Below are positions 24,851 to 33,960 of a DNA stretch of 33,960 bases, in pieces. The notes beneath the pieces are model-generated. The model did no database searches, had not been told where the DNA came from, and saw nothing but the letters and a program-made list of their open reading frames with translations. Source of the DNA: Candidatus Kapaibacterium sp. (GTDB taxonomy: Bacteria; Bacteroidota; Ignavibacteria; Kapaibacteriales; UBA2268); assembly GCA_017995735.1 (NCBI GenBank), contig JAGOIG010000002.1, forward strand, positions 1-33,960, in the 5' to 3' direction. Every line of letters starts with the position of its first letter. The stretch's first letter is position 1. The translations under genes and the position numbers were made by a program.

Positions 24851-26803
24851 ATGAAAAAAATTAAAACCTTTTTATTTTTTATCCTTCTATTAGCTGCAAC
24901 GAATTGTTTTGCCGAAATTTCGGGACCTCTGCAATACCGTGAGCAGGATTTCGATGTGATTTCTTATGATGCAAATATTTATTTTAATGATATTCCAAAA
25001 AAAGGAATTATTGCAAATAATACTATAAAGATATACTGGCGAAATATAAAAGACTCCAGCAAATTCTATTTTCATCTTCGAGATCTAATTATAGATTCGG
25101 TTTCTTATAATAATAAATTAACAACAGCCATAGCAATCGGAACGCCAAGTGATTCACTTTATCATTTTGAAATTACACCAATCGGAAATAATTCGGGAGA
25201 TACTGCACTTGTATCAATTTATTATCATGGAAATATGACTTTTGAAAATAATAGTTTCCAATGGGGTGGTGTTCATTACGATGATAACGTGCTGTATTCG
25301 TTAGGTGTAGGATTTATGAATAACTATGTTTCTACAACACAGCATTGGCTCGCTTGCTATGACCACCCATCTGATAAGGCAATATTTCATTGTAGATATA
25401 AAGTGCCTACGGGATATTTCGTTGCATCAAATGGAGAATATGTTATTCATAATTTAGATGACGGCACTGATATTTTTGAATATACACACAATTATCCAAT
25501 CGCAACATCGCTTTTAACATTCAATGTGGGGAAATTCATAGAGCATAAATTGGGCGATTCTATAGTACCAGCTTATGTTTATGCTCAAGCAAAGGATACA
25601 TCAATAGCGTGGTTTGCATTTCAGCTTGTGCCTGAAATGGTTTCATATTTTTCTGAAGCATTCGGACCTTATCCGTTTAGTAGAGTTGGATATGTTATCA
25701 CAGATTGCGGTTCGATGGAATCCCAGACAATGATTAATTATTCGCGAACCGAGCTATACAATGTGTTCAATAATAAAGATACAGCCAATCTAACGGCAGC
25801 TCACGAGTTATCTCACCAATGGTTTGGCGATGCTGTCACACCCTGGGATTTTAGAGATGTATGGCTGAATGAATCATTTGCAACCTATTGCGAATCACTT
25901 TGGCTTAGGCATAGATATAGCGATGTAGAATATTTTTTGGATTTAATGAGAAAACGAGATTATTATAACAAAATCTCACTTAAGTCTGAGGGTGCAATAC
26001 CGCTCTATAATTTTCCACGTGGCGGAAAAGTGTCAAATTATCCTCAAACAATTTACTTTAAAGGGGCAATAATTTTAGAAATGCTTCGCTATGAAGTGGG
26101 GATGGATAAATTTTTGAATTTTCTAAAAAATTATTATGAATCGTATAAATATAAAAATATAAGCACAGAAGGATTTATTGAATTTTTCAATAAGCAAATG
26201 GGAAAAGATTATTGGTGGTTTTTTAACCAATGGGTTTATGGAATCGGTGTGCCGCAAATAACTATTAATTTTACTTACAGACCACCATCTGGCGATGCAA
26301 AATATAACATATCTCATATTTCAATTGCACAGAATAATTTTTTGACTTGGAATGTATTCGAAAATGTCCCATTTGCCATAACATTTATTAAGAAAGGCTC
26401 GCCAGTGAATACAAAAATTGTAAGGTTCAGCGGAGCGATAACTGAAATATCTCTGTATCCAACTATTGAATGCGATTCGGTTAGATTTGATTATCCCGAT
26501 GGTGTCGTTTCGCTTGTCAATATTATTGATGTTAAACTTTCTCCTGAATCTGATGTCCAGGAGAATGGTAACTTATCCAAATTTATTAGCATAAAAAATA
26601 ATATACTAAATATTGATTTTGGCCAATTTCCTAAAGCTAATTTCAAAATTTATGACCTTTTAGGCAAAATAGTATTCGAAAATGACAAGAACAACTTTGG
26701 GATGCAAACGTACGATTTGAGCAATTTATCACGTGGATTTTATAATTTAGTGATTTTTAATGATAACCGTTTGCTTTATACAAAGAAAATAATTATAGAA
26801 TAA
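24851..26803 (+). CDS. M1-family zinc aminopeptidase with signal peptide and T9SS C-terminal sorting domain
   Basis: The signal peptide is MKKIKTFLFFILLLAATNCFA. The zinc motif is HELSHQWFGD followed by WLNESFATY. The exopeptidase motif is present as GSMES in place of the GxMEN consensus. The C-terminal ~75 aa (FKIYDLLGKIVFEN...GFYNLVIFNDNRLLYTKKIIIE) are CTD-like. Confidence 0.88.
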   Translation: MKKIKTFLFFILLLAATNCFAEISGPLQYREQDFDVISYDANIYFNDIPKKGIIANNTIKIYWRNIKDSSKFYFHLRDLIIDSVSYNNKLTTAIAIGTPSDSLYHFEITPIGNNSGDTALVSIYYHGNMTFENNSFQWGGVHYDDNVLYSLGVGFMNNYVSTTQHWLACYDHPSDKAIFHCRYKVPTGYFVASNGEYVIHNLDDGTDIFEYTHNYPIATSLLTFNVGKFIEHKLGDSIVPAYVYAQAKDTSIAWFAFQLVPEMVSYFSEAFGPYPFSRVGYVITDCGSMESQTMINYSRTELYNVFNNKDTANLTAAHELSHQWFGDAVTPWDFRDVWLNESFATYCESLWLRHRYSDVEYFLDLMRKRDYYNKISLKSEGAIPLYNFPRGGKVSNYPQTIYFKGAIILEMLRYEVGMDKFLNFLKNYYESYKYKNISTEGFIEFFNKQMGKDYWWFFNQWVYGIGVPQITINFTYRPPSGDAKYNISHISIAQNNFLTWNVFENVPFAITFIKKGSPVNTKIVRFSGAITEISLYPTIECDSVRFDYPDGVVSLVNIIDVKLSPESDVQENGNLSKFISIKNNILNIDFGQFPKANFKIYDLLGKIVFENDKNNFGMQTYDLSNLSRGFYNLVIFNDNRLLYTKKIIIE

Positions 26804-27525
26804 TGGAAAATGCTGAAGAAATAAAAAGAATAAAGAGAAATTATACAAAAATTTGTAAAGAAGTTGCAAATGCAGCTGATAAACAATATCGAAATCCAGG
26901 GGAGATTACAATAGTTGCAGTATCAAAGACATTCCCTCCTGAAACTATAGAAGCGGGAATTTTAGCAGGAATAAGAAGTTTCGGTGAAAATTATGCACAA
27001 GAATTGCGGGATAAATTGAAATATTTCGCGGGAAAGCCTTATCAAATTGATTGGCATTTTATAGGTCATTTACAAGCTAATAAGGTTAAATATTTAATAC
27101 CGTTTACAAAACTTATTCATTCAATAGATTCGATTGAAGTTGCAGATGAAGTCAATAAGCGGGTAGAAAAATATAATATTAAACAAAATATATTGATGCA
27201 GGTTAATACATCAGGAGAAGCTTCAAAATCGGGTTGCGAACCTGAAATGGCTTTAGAACTTGCAAAATCAATAATAAAATTTAATAATTTAAATTTAATT
27301 GGGCTTATGACAATTGGTTCGTTATCGGGAGATGAGAAATTAATTAGAGGCGAATTTTCATTATTAAGGAATTTGAAAGATGAAATAAATAAAAAGCTTG
27401 GCACACATCAGCTAACCGAGCTTTCGATGGGTATGTCGGGCGATTATAAAATTGCCATAGAAGAAGGTAGCACAATATTGCGAATTGGAACAGCAATTTT
27501 CGGGCAGCGCACAAAACATATTTGA
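26803..27525 (+). CDS. yggS: YggS-family pyridoxal-phosphate homeostasis protein
   Basis: 240 aa with IVAVSKTFP (PLP-binding Lys), FGENYAQE, WHFIGHLQANK and LSMGMSGDY. Its ATG overlaps the upstream TAA stop (TAATG at 26801-26805). Confidence 0.9.
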   Translation: MENAEEIKRIKRNYTKICKEVANAADKQYRNPGEITIVAVSKTFPPETIEAGILAGIRSFGENYAQELRDKLKYFAGKPYQIDWHFIGHLQANKVKYLIPFTKLIHSIDSIEVADEVNKRVEKYNIKQNILMQVNTSGEASKSGCEPEMALELAKSIIKFNNLNLIGLMTIGSLSGDEKLIRGEFSLLRNLKDEINKKLGTHQLTELSMGMSGDYKIAIEEGSTILRIGTAIFGQRTKHI

Positions 27526-27587
27526 AATTATAAGTTATTGGATTTTGCTTAATTTTGTTTTTTTATTATTTACCACTTAACAAATTT

Positions 27588-27962
27588 ATGATATTAGGCA
27601 TAGGCGTTGATATAATTGAAGTAAGCAGAATAAAGCAATCAATTGAAAATTATGGAGACAAATTTTTAAATCGCATTTATACACAAGAAGAAATCAATTA
27701 TTCAGACTCATTTAAAGAAAAAAAATTTTTGCATTATAGCGCAAGATTTGCTGCAAAGGAAGCATTCAGTAAATCTATAGGCACAGGCATATCACAAGGA
27801 TTCCATTTTAAAGAAATTAGCATTGAAAACAAACCAAACGGCGAGCCTCAATTAATTCTGCGTGGCAACACTTTAGAAAAGTATTCAGACGAAGTATTCC
27901 ATATATCGTTATCGCATATAAATGATTTAGCAATTGCTTATGTTGTTCGTGAAAAATTATAA
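27588..27962 (+). CDS. acpS: Holo-[acyl-carrier-protein] synthase
   Basis: MILGIGVDIIEVSRI, FAAKEAFSKS and ISLSH motifs, ~124 aa. ATG at 27588 is preferred over the TTG-initiated track start at 27555. Confidence 0.9.
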   Translation: MILGIGVDIIEVSRIKQSIENYGDKFLNRIYTQEEINYSDSFKEKKFLHYSARFAAKEAFSKSIGTGISQGFHFKEISIENKPNGEPQLILRGNTLEKYSDEVFHISLSHINDLAIAYVVREKL

Positions 27963-27974
27963 AACTTAAAAATT

Positions 27975-29261
27975 ATGTTAGATATAAAATTTATCAGAGA
28001 AAATTTTGATGCTGTTGTAGAAAATATTAAAAATAAGAATGAGAAAGTCGATTTCCAAGATTTTTTGGATATTGAAGAGAAACGTAGAATATTAATTCAG
28101 GAATCAGATAAATTAAAAAATGAGCGGAATCAAGAATCACGTCGTATTGCAGAATTAAAAAAGGAAGGCAAACCCGTTGATGATATTATCGCACAAATGA
28201 AATTGGTTTCTGATAAAATCAAGGAATATGATGAACAATTACGCAATTTAGAAGAGCAATTGAATCAAATTGTTTATCGTATCCCAAATATGTTATCACC
28301 AAAAGTACCAATCGGATATGATGAACGTGATAATAAAGTAATTCGTTATTGGGGAGAACCGCAAGAGCAAAAGCTAAAAAAGAACCATATCGAAATTGCA
28401 AATGATTTAGGTATCATCGATTTCGAACGTGGTGCAAAAGTATCGGGTTCAGGATTTGCATTTTATATTGGTAAGGGAGCAAAACTTGAGCGAGCATTGC
28501 ATCAATTTATGATTGATTTTCACACTACGAAGCATGGATATACGGAGCTTTGGTCGCCATTTTTAGTTAATTCGGCGAGTATGTTCGGCACGGGGCAATT
28601 GCCAAAAATGGCTGATGATATGTACTATACGCCTGTGGATGATTTATATTTAATTCCAACGGCAGAAGTCCCGCTCACAAATTATCATCGTGATGATATA
28701 TTGCAAATTAATGAGCTACCAAAGAAAATTTGTGGATACTCTCCTTGTTTTAGACGCGAGTCGGGAAGTTATGGCAAAGAAGTCCACGGGTTTTTGCGTG
28801 TTCATCAATTCAATAAAGTAGAAATGGTAAATTTCACATTGCCTGAGAATTCTTATGCACAATTGGAGGTGATAGTAAGCGAAGCGGAGGATATTTTGCA
28901 AGCATTGGAAATACCATATCGCGTTGTGTTGCTATGCTCAGGCGATACATCATTTGCAAGTGCTATGACGTATGATTTGGAAATATGGGCGGCGGGCGAG
29001 CAAAAATGGCTCGAAGTATCAAGTTGCTCAAATTTTGAAGATTTCCAAGCTCGACGGGCAAATATTAGATTTAAACGAACTCCGAATTCTAAGCCAGAAT
29101 TTGTACATACATTGAACGGGAGCGGTGTTGCAACTTCACGTCTTTATGTTTCAATTATTGAAAATAATATTCAAGAAGATGGGAGCATTCTGATTCCTGG
29201 GGCATTGCAAGAGTATTGTGGATTTGATAGAATAGAGAGAAATTATATTCAAAAAATATAA
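27975..29261 (+). CDS. serS: Seryl-tRNA synthetase
   Basis: 428 aa with an N-terminal coiled-coil arm and class II motifs (YLIPTAEVPLTN, FRRESGSYG, GSGVATSRLYVSIIENN). Confidence 0.97.
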   Translation: MLDIKFIRENFDAVVENIKNKNEKVDFQDFLDIEEKRRILIQESDKLKNERNQESRRIAELKKEGKPVDDIIAQMKLVSDKIKEYDEQLRNLEEQLNQIVYRIPNMLSPKVPIGYDERDNKVIRYWGEPQEQKLKKNHIEIANDLGIIDFERGAKVSGSGFAFYIGKGAKLERALHQFMIDFHTTKHGYTELWSPFLVNSASMFGTGQLPKMADDMYYTPVDDLYLIPTAEVPLTNYHRDDILQINELPKKICGYSPCFRRESGSYGKEVHGFLRVHQFNKVEMVNFTLPENSYAQLEVIVSEAEDILQALEIPYRVVLLCSGDTSFASAMTYDLEIWAAGEQKWLEVSSCSNFEDFQARRANIRFKRTPNSKPEFVHTLNGSGVATSRLYVSIIENNIQEDGSILIPGALQEYCGFDRIERNYIQKI

Positions 29262-29280
29262 CAATTCATTATTTTTGTAT

Positions 29281-30255
29281 ATGCAATATATTATTGAAAA
29301 AAATAATGAAGAAATAGTCATTCCACAAGATATATTCAATCAATATTCTTTTGGAGCAAAGCCTTTTCTAAAGTGGGCAGGTGGGAAGACCCAACTTTTA
29401 GGGCAACTAATTAAGTATTTTCCTTTTGAATTAAAAAATGGAACAATCAAAAATTATTGCGAGCCATTCTTAGGCAGTGGTGCAGTCTTTTTCCTCATTG
29501 CTCAACACTTTCAAATTAATAATGCATTATTATCAGATATAAATGAAGATTTAGTGCTAACTTATTTAGTTGTTCAAAATAATGTTTATGAGCTTATTGA
29601 TGAATTAACAATATTGCAAGAACAATATTACAATAAAAATGATGAAATGAGAAGGCAATATTTTTATAAAATTCGTCAACAGTTTAATACTGAAAAAGTT
29701 AAGATAAATTTTAACAATTATAAGAAAGATTATATTCCACATGCTGCAAAAATGATATTTTTAAATAAAACTTGTTTCAATGGCTTATTTCGATTAAATA
29801 AAAAAGGAGAATTTAATGTCCCCTTTGGTGGATATAAAAGCCCTAAAATATTGGATAAAAATAATTTAATAAATTCAAGCCAGGTTTTAAAAATTGCGGA
29901 TATTTCGATTACAGATTTCGAAGATATTATAAATAAAATCAATGGACAGACTTTTATATATTTTGATCCTCCATATAGACCCATCAGTCTTACTTCAAGT
30001 TTTACTTCTTACAGCAAATTTGACTTCTCTGATAAAGATCAAATCAGATTAGCAAAGATATTTGAAGAACTTAGTAATACAAGTAATAAACTAATGCTCA
30101 GTAATTCTGACCCTAAAAATGAAGACCCTAAGGATGAATTTTTTGAAAAATTATATTCAAACTTTAATATTGTCAGAGTCAAGGCTAATAGAATGATCAA
30201 TTCTAATGGTAATAACCGTGGAAAAATTAATGAATTATTAATAATGAACTACTAA
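29281..30255 (+). CDS. Dam-family (D12 class, alpha group) N6-adenine DNA methyltransferase, predicted GATC specificity
   Basis: FLKWAGGK, the AdoMet motif EPFLGSGAVFF, NKTCFNGLFRLNKKGEFNVPFG and the catalytic FDPPY. ATG at 29281 is preferred over the TTG at 29275 and lies only 19 nt after the serS stop. Confidence 0.9.
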   Translation: MQYIIEKNNEEIVIPQDIFNQYSFGAKPFLKWAGGKTQLLGQLIKYFPFELKNGTIKNYCEPFLGSGAVFFLIAQHFQINNALLSDINEDLVLTYLVVQNNVYELIDELTILQEQYYNKNDEMRRQYFYKIRQQFNTEKVKINFNNYKKDYIPHAAKMIFLNKTCFNGLFRLNKKGEFNVPFGGYKSPKILDKNNLINSSQVLKIADISITDFEDIINKINGQTFIYFDPPYRPISLTSSFTSYSKFDFSDKDQIRLAKIFEELSNTSNKLMLSNSDPKNEDPKDEFFEKLYSNFNIVRVKANRMINSNGNNRGKINELLIMNY

Positions 30256-30306
30256 ATTAAATTTGAATGATTTCATTTAATATAATAACAAAAATCAGAG
30301 TTAAAA

Positions 30307-31413
30307 ATGATTTATGAGGAATTTGCAAGTAATATAAGTTTTTTTGAATTTGACCAGAATGAATTCTATTCACCTTCGTTCAACATCGATGAATACCAAT
30401 ATGAAATCCAGTCTCTTAAAAAGCAAGTTTCTATTGAATATTTAACAAATCTTTTAGCAACATATCCTAAAACATTTGATATATTCGAACAATTGTTCCA
30501 AATGAAAAGGTTCACAAACACTCAATATATTCATTTCTGTTTTGATGTAAACACCTTAAATAATTCGCAAGAAGAACTAATAATACAATATGCAAAAAAT
30601 TGCATCTTTAATTTTGAAAATGGTAATAATAACGTTTTGTTTAATAAAATTTATAATGAATATTATTGTGATAATCATACAATTCCCACACTATTTATAT
30701 TGAAAAGATCAATTCTGAAATATGTTGAGAAGTGTATAAAAGAACCCGAAATTTTTCATACACATATAATTAACTCAATAAATACTAGGCTTCGCATTTC
30801 GAACTACTTATTTAATAACTTAAAAGCAGATGAACTACTTTCAGCAATTGAACTGGAGAAATTTCTTAAATTAAAACGAATTCCAAAAGACATTAAGAGT
30901 ATCCATGGGAATTTTGGTACAACGAAAGTTAGAAAAAAATTGGAAGCACTCGGACTATGTAATATTTCACACTTAAAAATTAATAGTGTGCTCAAAGTTG
31001 ATGAGACCGCATATATTCCAAAATCAAAATCTGAATTAGCATTTGTTAGTGAAAAATATATTGAACCGATAAAGATTAGAAAAACCAATAAGTTGAAAAA
31101 GTTTGATTTTATAATTCTAAAAGATGGAATACCTCGAATATTAATCGAAACAAATTTCTACTCAACTTCCGGAACAAAAATTAACATCAATTTAGACGAG
31201 TATATCGACTTATATGAAGATATTTCAAGATCAAATACCATTTTGAAATATCCATTAATGTTCTCTTGGATTACGGATGGAAATTTTTGGCTAACTAGCA
31301 CAGGTGAAAAATTATATAATAATATTAAACAAAACTTTTTAAAGAATGAGATGGAGATTTTAAATTACAATCTTTTAAACGGAAATTTTATCAAAGAATT
31401 ATTAAATCTATGA
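30307..31413 (+). CDS. Type II restriction endonuclease, DpnII/MboI-like (predicted GATC)
   Basis: 368 aa. The C-terminal block KKFDFIILKDGIPRILIETNFYSTSGTKIN ... FSWITDGNFW matches my recollection of the conserved core of R.DpnII (RFDFVIK..LYLIEVNFYSGSGSKLN...FMWITDGQGW). It lies 51 nt downstream of a Dam-family methyltransferase. Confidence 0.65.
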   Translation: MIYEEFASNISFFEFDQNEFYSPSFNIDEYQYEIQSLKKQVSIEYLTNLLATYPKTFDIFEQLFQMKRFTNTQYIHFCFDVNTLNNSQEELIIQYAKNCIFNFENGNNNVLFNKIYNEYYCDNHTIPTLFILKRSILKYVEKCIKEPEIFHTHIINSINTRLRISNYLFNNLKADELLSAIELEKFLKLKRIPKDIKSIHGNFGTTKVRKKLEALGLCNISHLKINSVLKVDETAYIPKSKSELAFVSEKYIEPIKIRKTNKLKKFDFIILKDGIPRILIETNFYSTSGTKININLDEYIDLYEDISRSNTILKYPLMFSWITDGNFWLTSTGEKLYNNIKQNFLKNEMEILNYNLLNGNFIKELLNL

Positions 31414-31476
31414 AATTATCATCATTCATCTCTCAAATTTTAATTTTCTTTTTATTTAAATTTTTTATTTTATTCG

Positions 31477-32769
31477 ATGGCAAAATTATACGACACATCT
31501 CCTGAAGCAGAGAAAGCGATACTCGTGGGTGTTTTCCTCAAAGGAGAGGATAGAGATGAAGCATTGGAATTGCTTGATGAATTGGAGCAACTTGCCAATA
31601 CAGCGGGCGCAGAAGTTATCGAGAAAATTTATCAGGAATTGCCTGCGTTTAATCCTGCAACTTTATTGGGAAAAGGTAAATTGCAAGAAATAAAAGAATT
31701 AGCAGAACTAGAGGATGTTCATCTTATAATTTTCGATAATGAATTGTCCCCAATTCAGATGCGTAATTTAAGCAATGAATTGCAAATTAAAGTGCTTGAT
31801 AGAAGCGGACTGATACTTGATATTTTTTCGAAAAATGCCAGGACGACAGAAGCACAATTAGAAGTGCAACTTGCCCAAATGCAATACTTACTACCGCGAC
31901 TTTCAAGAATGTGGGCACATATTTCGGAACAATATGGAGGGATTGGTACACGAGGACCAGGCGAGACCCAACTCGAATCGGACAGGAGAGTGGTCCGTCA
32001 TCATATTCAAATTTTGAAAGAAAAGCTCCAACAAATTGATAAACAAAATAAAGAACAACGCAAGCAACGTAAAAAAATGCCACGATTTGCTCTTGTGGGA
32101 TATACTAACTCGGGAAAATCCACGCTTATGAATACAATAACAGATGCTAATGTGCTTGTGGAAAATAAATTATTTGCAACGCTATCGACAACTGTACGCC
32201 AATTTACTTTGCCAAATAATAAACCCGCTTTACTTTCGGATACAATTGGTTTTATCAGAAAATTGCCGCACCATTTGATTGCATCATTCCGTACAACACT
32301 TGCTGAAGCAAATGAATCAGATGTTTTATTGCAAGTTATTGATATTACCAATCAGAATTTTAGAGTTATGATTAATACAGTTAATGAAACTCTTGAGGAT
32401 ATCGGAATCAAAGATAAACCAATGATTTATGTATTTAATAAAATTGATAAACTCGATTCGCTTGATTTGCTTCATCAATTGCAAAGTGAATATCCTCAAT
32501 CTGTATTTATTTCTGCTGAACGGGGGCTAAATGTTACAACATTGCTTGAGCGAATGCAAAATGAATACGAAAAATACAATTCGACATTTTCATTGCTTAT
32601 TCCATATTCAGCGGGTGCGGACATGAACAAATTATATGAAAATGCCGAAATATTGGAACGTAATGACGATAACGAGGGCACACATTTGCAAATTAAAGTA
32701 GAATCTCGCAATAAGGATAAATTAATGCCATTGATAAGGAAGTATCTAAAAGAAGAAAAATTAATTTAA
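31477..32769 (+). CDS. hflX: GTPase HflX
   Basis: 430 aa with the HflX N-terminal domain (LDRSGLILDIF, GPGETQLESDRR) and G-domain motifs GYTNSGKST (G1), DTIGF (G3) and NKID (G4). Confidence 0.95.
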   Translation: MAKLYDTSPEAEKAILVGVFLKGEDRDEALELLDELEQLANTAGAEVIEKIYQELPAFNPATLLGKGKLQEIKELAELEDVHLIIFDNELSPIQMRNLSNELQIKVLDRSGLILDIFSKNARTTEAQLEVQLAQMQYLLPRLSRMWAHISEQYGGIGTRGPGETQLESDRRVVRHHIQILKEKLQQIDKQNKEQRKQRKKMPRFALVGYTNSGKSTLMNTITDANVLVENKLFATLSTTVRQFTLPNNKPALLSDTIGFIRKLPHHLIASFRTTLAEANESDVLLQVIDITNQNFRVMINTVNETLEDIGIKDKPMIYVFNKIDKLDSLDLLHQLQSEYPQSVFISAERGLNVTTLLERMQNEYEKYNSTFSLLIPYSAGADMNKLYENAEILERNDDNEGTHLQIKVESRNKDKLMPLIRKYLKEEKLI

Positions 32770-32917
32770 AAAAAAATAAGTTAATAAAATAATTATTATA
32801 AAATATAATATTTATTCAAATAAATGAATATATTTTAATAAATATAGAAATAATATACATTAATTAATAAATATTTAATAAATTTGTGTTTTTAATATTT
32901 TAATTGGGAGTTATAAT

Positions 32918-33960
32918 ATGTCAAAATTTAAATTTAATCCAAGAAATGATACACTGAAAAATTCAATTAACTGGTCAAAATTAGGTTTTGGTCGGTACTT
33001 TGCTGATTATATGTATATATCTCATTATAAAGATGGTAGCTGGGAAGAGGGGGAAATAGTACCTTATCAAGCCTTGCCAATTGAACCCGCGATGATGACT
33101 TTGCATTATGCACAAACTATATTTGAAGGTTTAAAAGCATACAAAAATCCAAATGGTGGTGCAAATTTATTCCGTCCAGAAATGAATGCAAAGCGTATTA
33201 ATAGGTCTGCAGATGCAGTTGTAATACCTCAATTTCCTGAGGATAGATTTGTGGAAGCCATAAAAGAACTCATATACTACAATAGAGAATTTATTCCCTC
33301 AGGTGAAGGAGAAACTATGTATATACGCCCATTTATTTTTGGTTCGTCAAATTTAATTGGTGTGCATCCTTCAAAAGAATATACAATGATAATTATTATG
33401 TCGCCTGTAGGTCCATATTACAAAGATATTCTTCGACCTGTAAAAATTAAAGTATCAGATGGGTATGTTCGTGCAGTACGCGGTGGACTTGGCTCAGTAA
33501 AAGCAGGTGCAAATTATGCAGCTTCCTTGAAAGCATCAGATATTGCCGAAAAAGAAGGTTATTCACAGGTGTTGTGGCTTGATGGAGTTCATTTGACATT
33601 TGTCGATGAAGTTGGTTCGATGAATATTATGTTTGTAATTGATGGAGAAATTGTTACACCATCACTTGAATCGGGTACAATACTACCTGGAATAACACGC
33701 GATTCTGTATTGAAACTTGCAGGACGTCTTGGTTATAAAGCAACAGAACGGACAATTTCCATTAATGAAGTTATTGAAGGAATTGAATCAGGCAGATTGA
33801 CTGAATCCTTTGGAACAGGCACTGCTGCGGCTATCTCACCTGTAGGCCTTTTAAGTTACCGTGGGAAAGATTACACTATAAATAATTTTGAGATTGGCCC
33901 AATTTCGCAGCAAATGTATGATACATTATTGGGTATACAATATGGGAAATTAGAGGATCC
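32918..33960 (+). CDS. ilvE: Branched-chain amino acid aminotransferase, 3' end truncated by the window edge
   Basis: ATG at 32918 is preceded by GGGAG at 32906-32910. The frame is open to the end of the window. It translates as ...LHYAQTIFEGLKAYK...MYIRPFIFG...VKAGANYAASL...GITRDSV...ESFGTGTAAAISPV, typical of fold-type IV BCAT. Confidence 0.93.
   Translation, partial: MSKFKFNPRNDTLKNSINWSKLGFGRYFADYMYISHYKDGSWEEGEIVPYQALPIEPAMMTLHYAQTIFEGLKAYKNPNGGANLFRPEMNAKRINRSADAVVIPQFPEDRFVEAIKELIYYNREFIPSGEGETMYIRPFIFGSSNLIGVHPSKEYTMIIIMSPVGPYYKDILRPVKIKVSDGYVRAVRGGLGSVKAGANYAASLKASDIAEKEGYSQVLWLDGVHLTFVDEVGSMNIMFVIDGEIVTPSLESGTILPGITRDSVLKLAGRLGYKATERTISINEVIEGIESGRLTESFGTGTAAAISPVGLLSYRGKDYTINNFEIGPISQQMYDTLLGIQYGKLED

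Noticed and set aside
29281-30255. The Dam-family methyltransferase as an orphan regulatory Dam
   Set aside because: The gene immediately downstream carries the DpnII-family endonuclease core motif, so a complete restriction-modification pair is the simpler reading.
30256-30306. AT-only inverted repeat ATTAAAT...ATTTAAT between the methyltransferase and endonuclease genes, as a possible C-box or operator
   Set aside because: The arms are only 7 nt and consist entirely of A/T in an AT-rich genome. No controller (C) protein gene is present. The repeat is probably chance.
1-33960. GATC avoidance as a footprint of the restriction-modification system
   Set aside because: GATC sites are easy to find by eye throughout the window, including inside the restriction-modification genes (for example near 1509, 1748, 2315, 29964, 30037 and 31228). 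I cannot do a reliable observed/expected count by hand, so I make no claim.

Overview
This is an AT-rich (about one-third GC by eye) chromosomal segment. Three encoded proteins end in a Por/T9SS-type C-terminal sorting domain, so the source is probably a Bacteroidota/Ignavibacteriota-like (FCB group) bacterium. Most of the window is housekeeping: rpe (partial), a Lon-like protease, lnt, a polytopic membrane protein, a DUF47/PhoU-like gene plus a PiT phosphate transporter, ferredoxin-NADP reductase, coaD, aconitase, polA, yggS, acpS, serS, hflX and ilvE (partial). The accessory content has two parts. (1) There are three secreted T9SS cargo proteins: a 907-aa (ORF-track length) protein built of eight tandem modules, a 1924-aa protein with GEVED, CARDB-like and beta-helix regions, and an M1 aminopeptidase. 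(2) A two-gene type II restriction-modification cassette (Dam-family methyltransferase plus DpnII/MboI-like endonuclease, predicted GATC specificity) sits between serS and hflX. I found no tRNA, rRNA, CRISPR array, transposase or integrase. I do not see a clear multi-gene system of wholly unknown type. The most interesting unexplained signal is a conserved TGTAAC-N16-TGTC element, resembling an ECF-sigma promoter, that occurs in the same relative position upstream of both giant T9SS cargo genes, which lie 8 kb apart on opposite strands. Secondary signals are an 11-bp-phased direct repeat (Pho-box-like) upstream of the DUF47-PiT operon, a Lon-like protease with degenerate Walker motifs and a roughly 300-aa insertion (LonC-like), and a Pol I whose 3'-5' exonuclease motifs are degenerate. 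All family assignments come from motif recognition by eye, with no database search.
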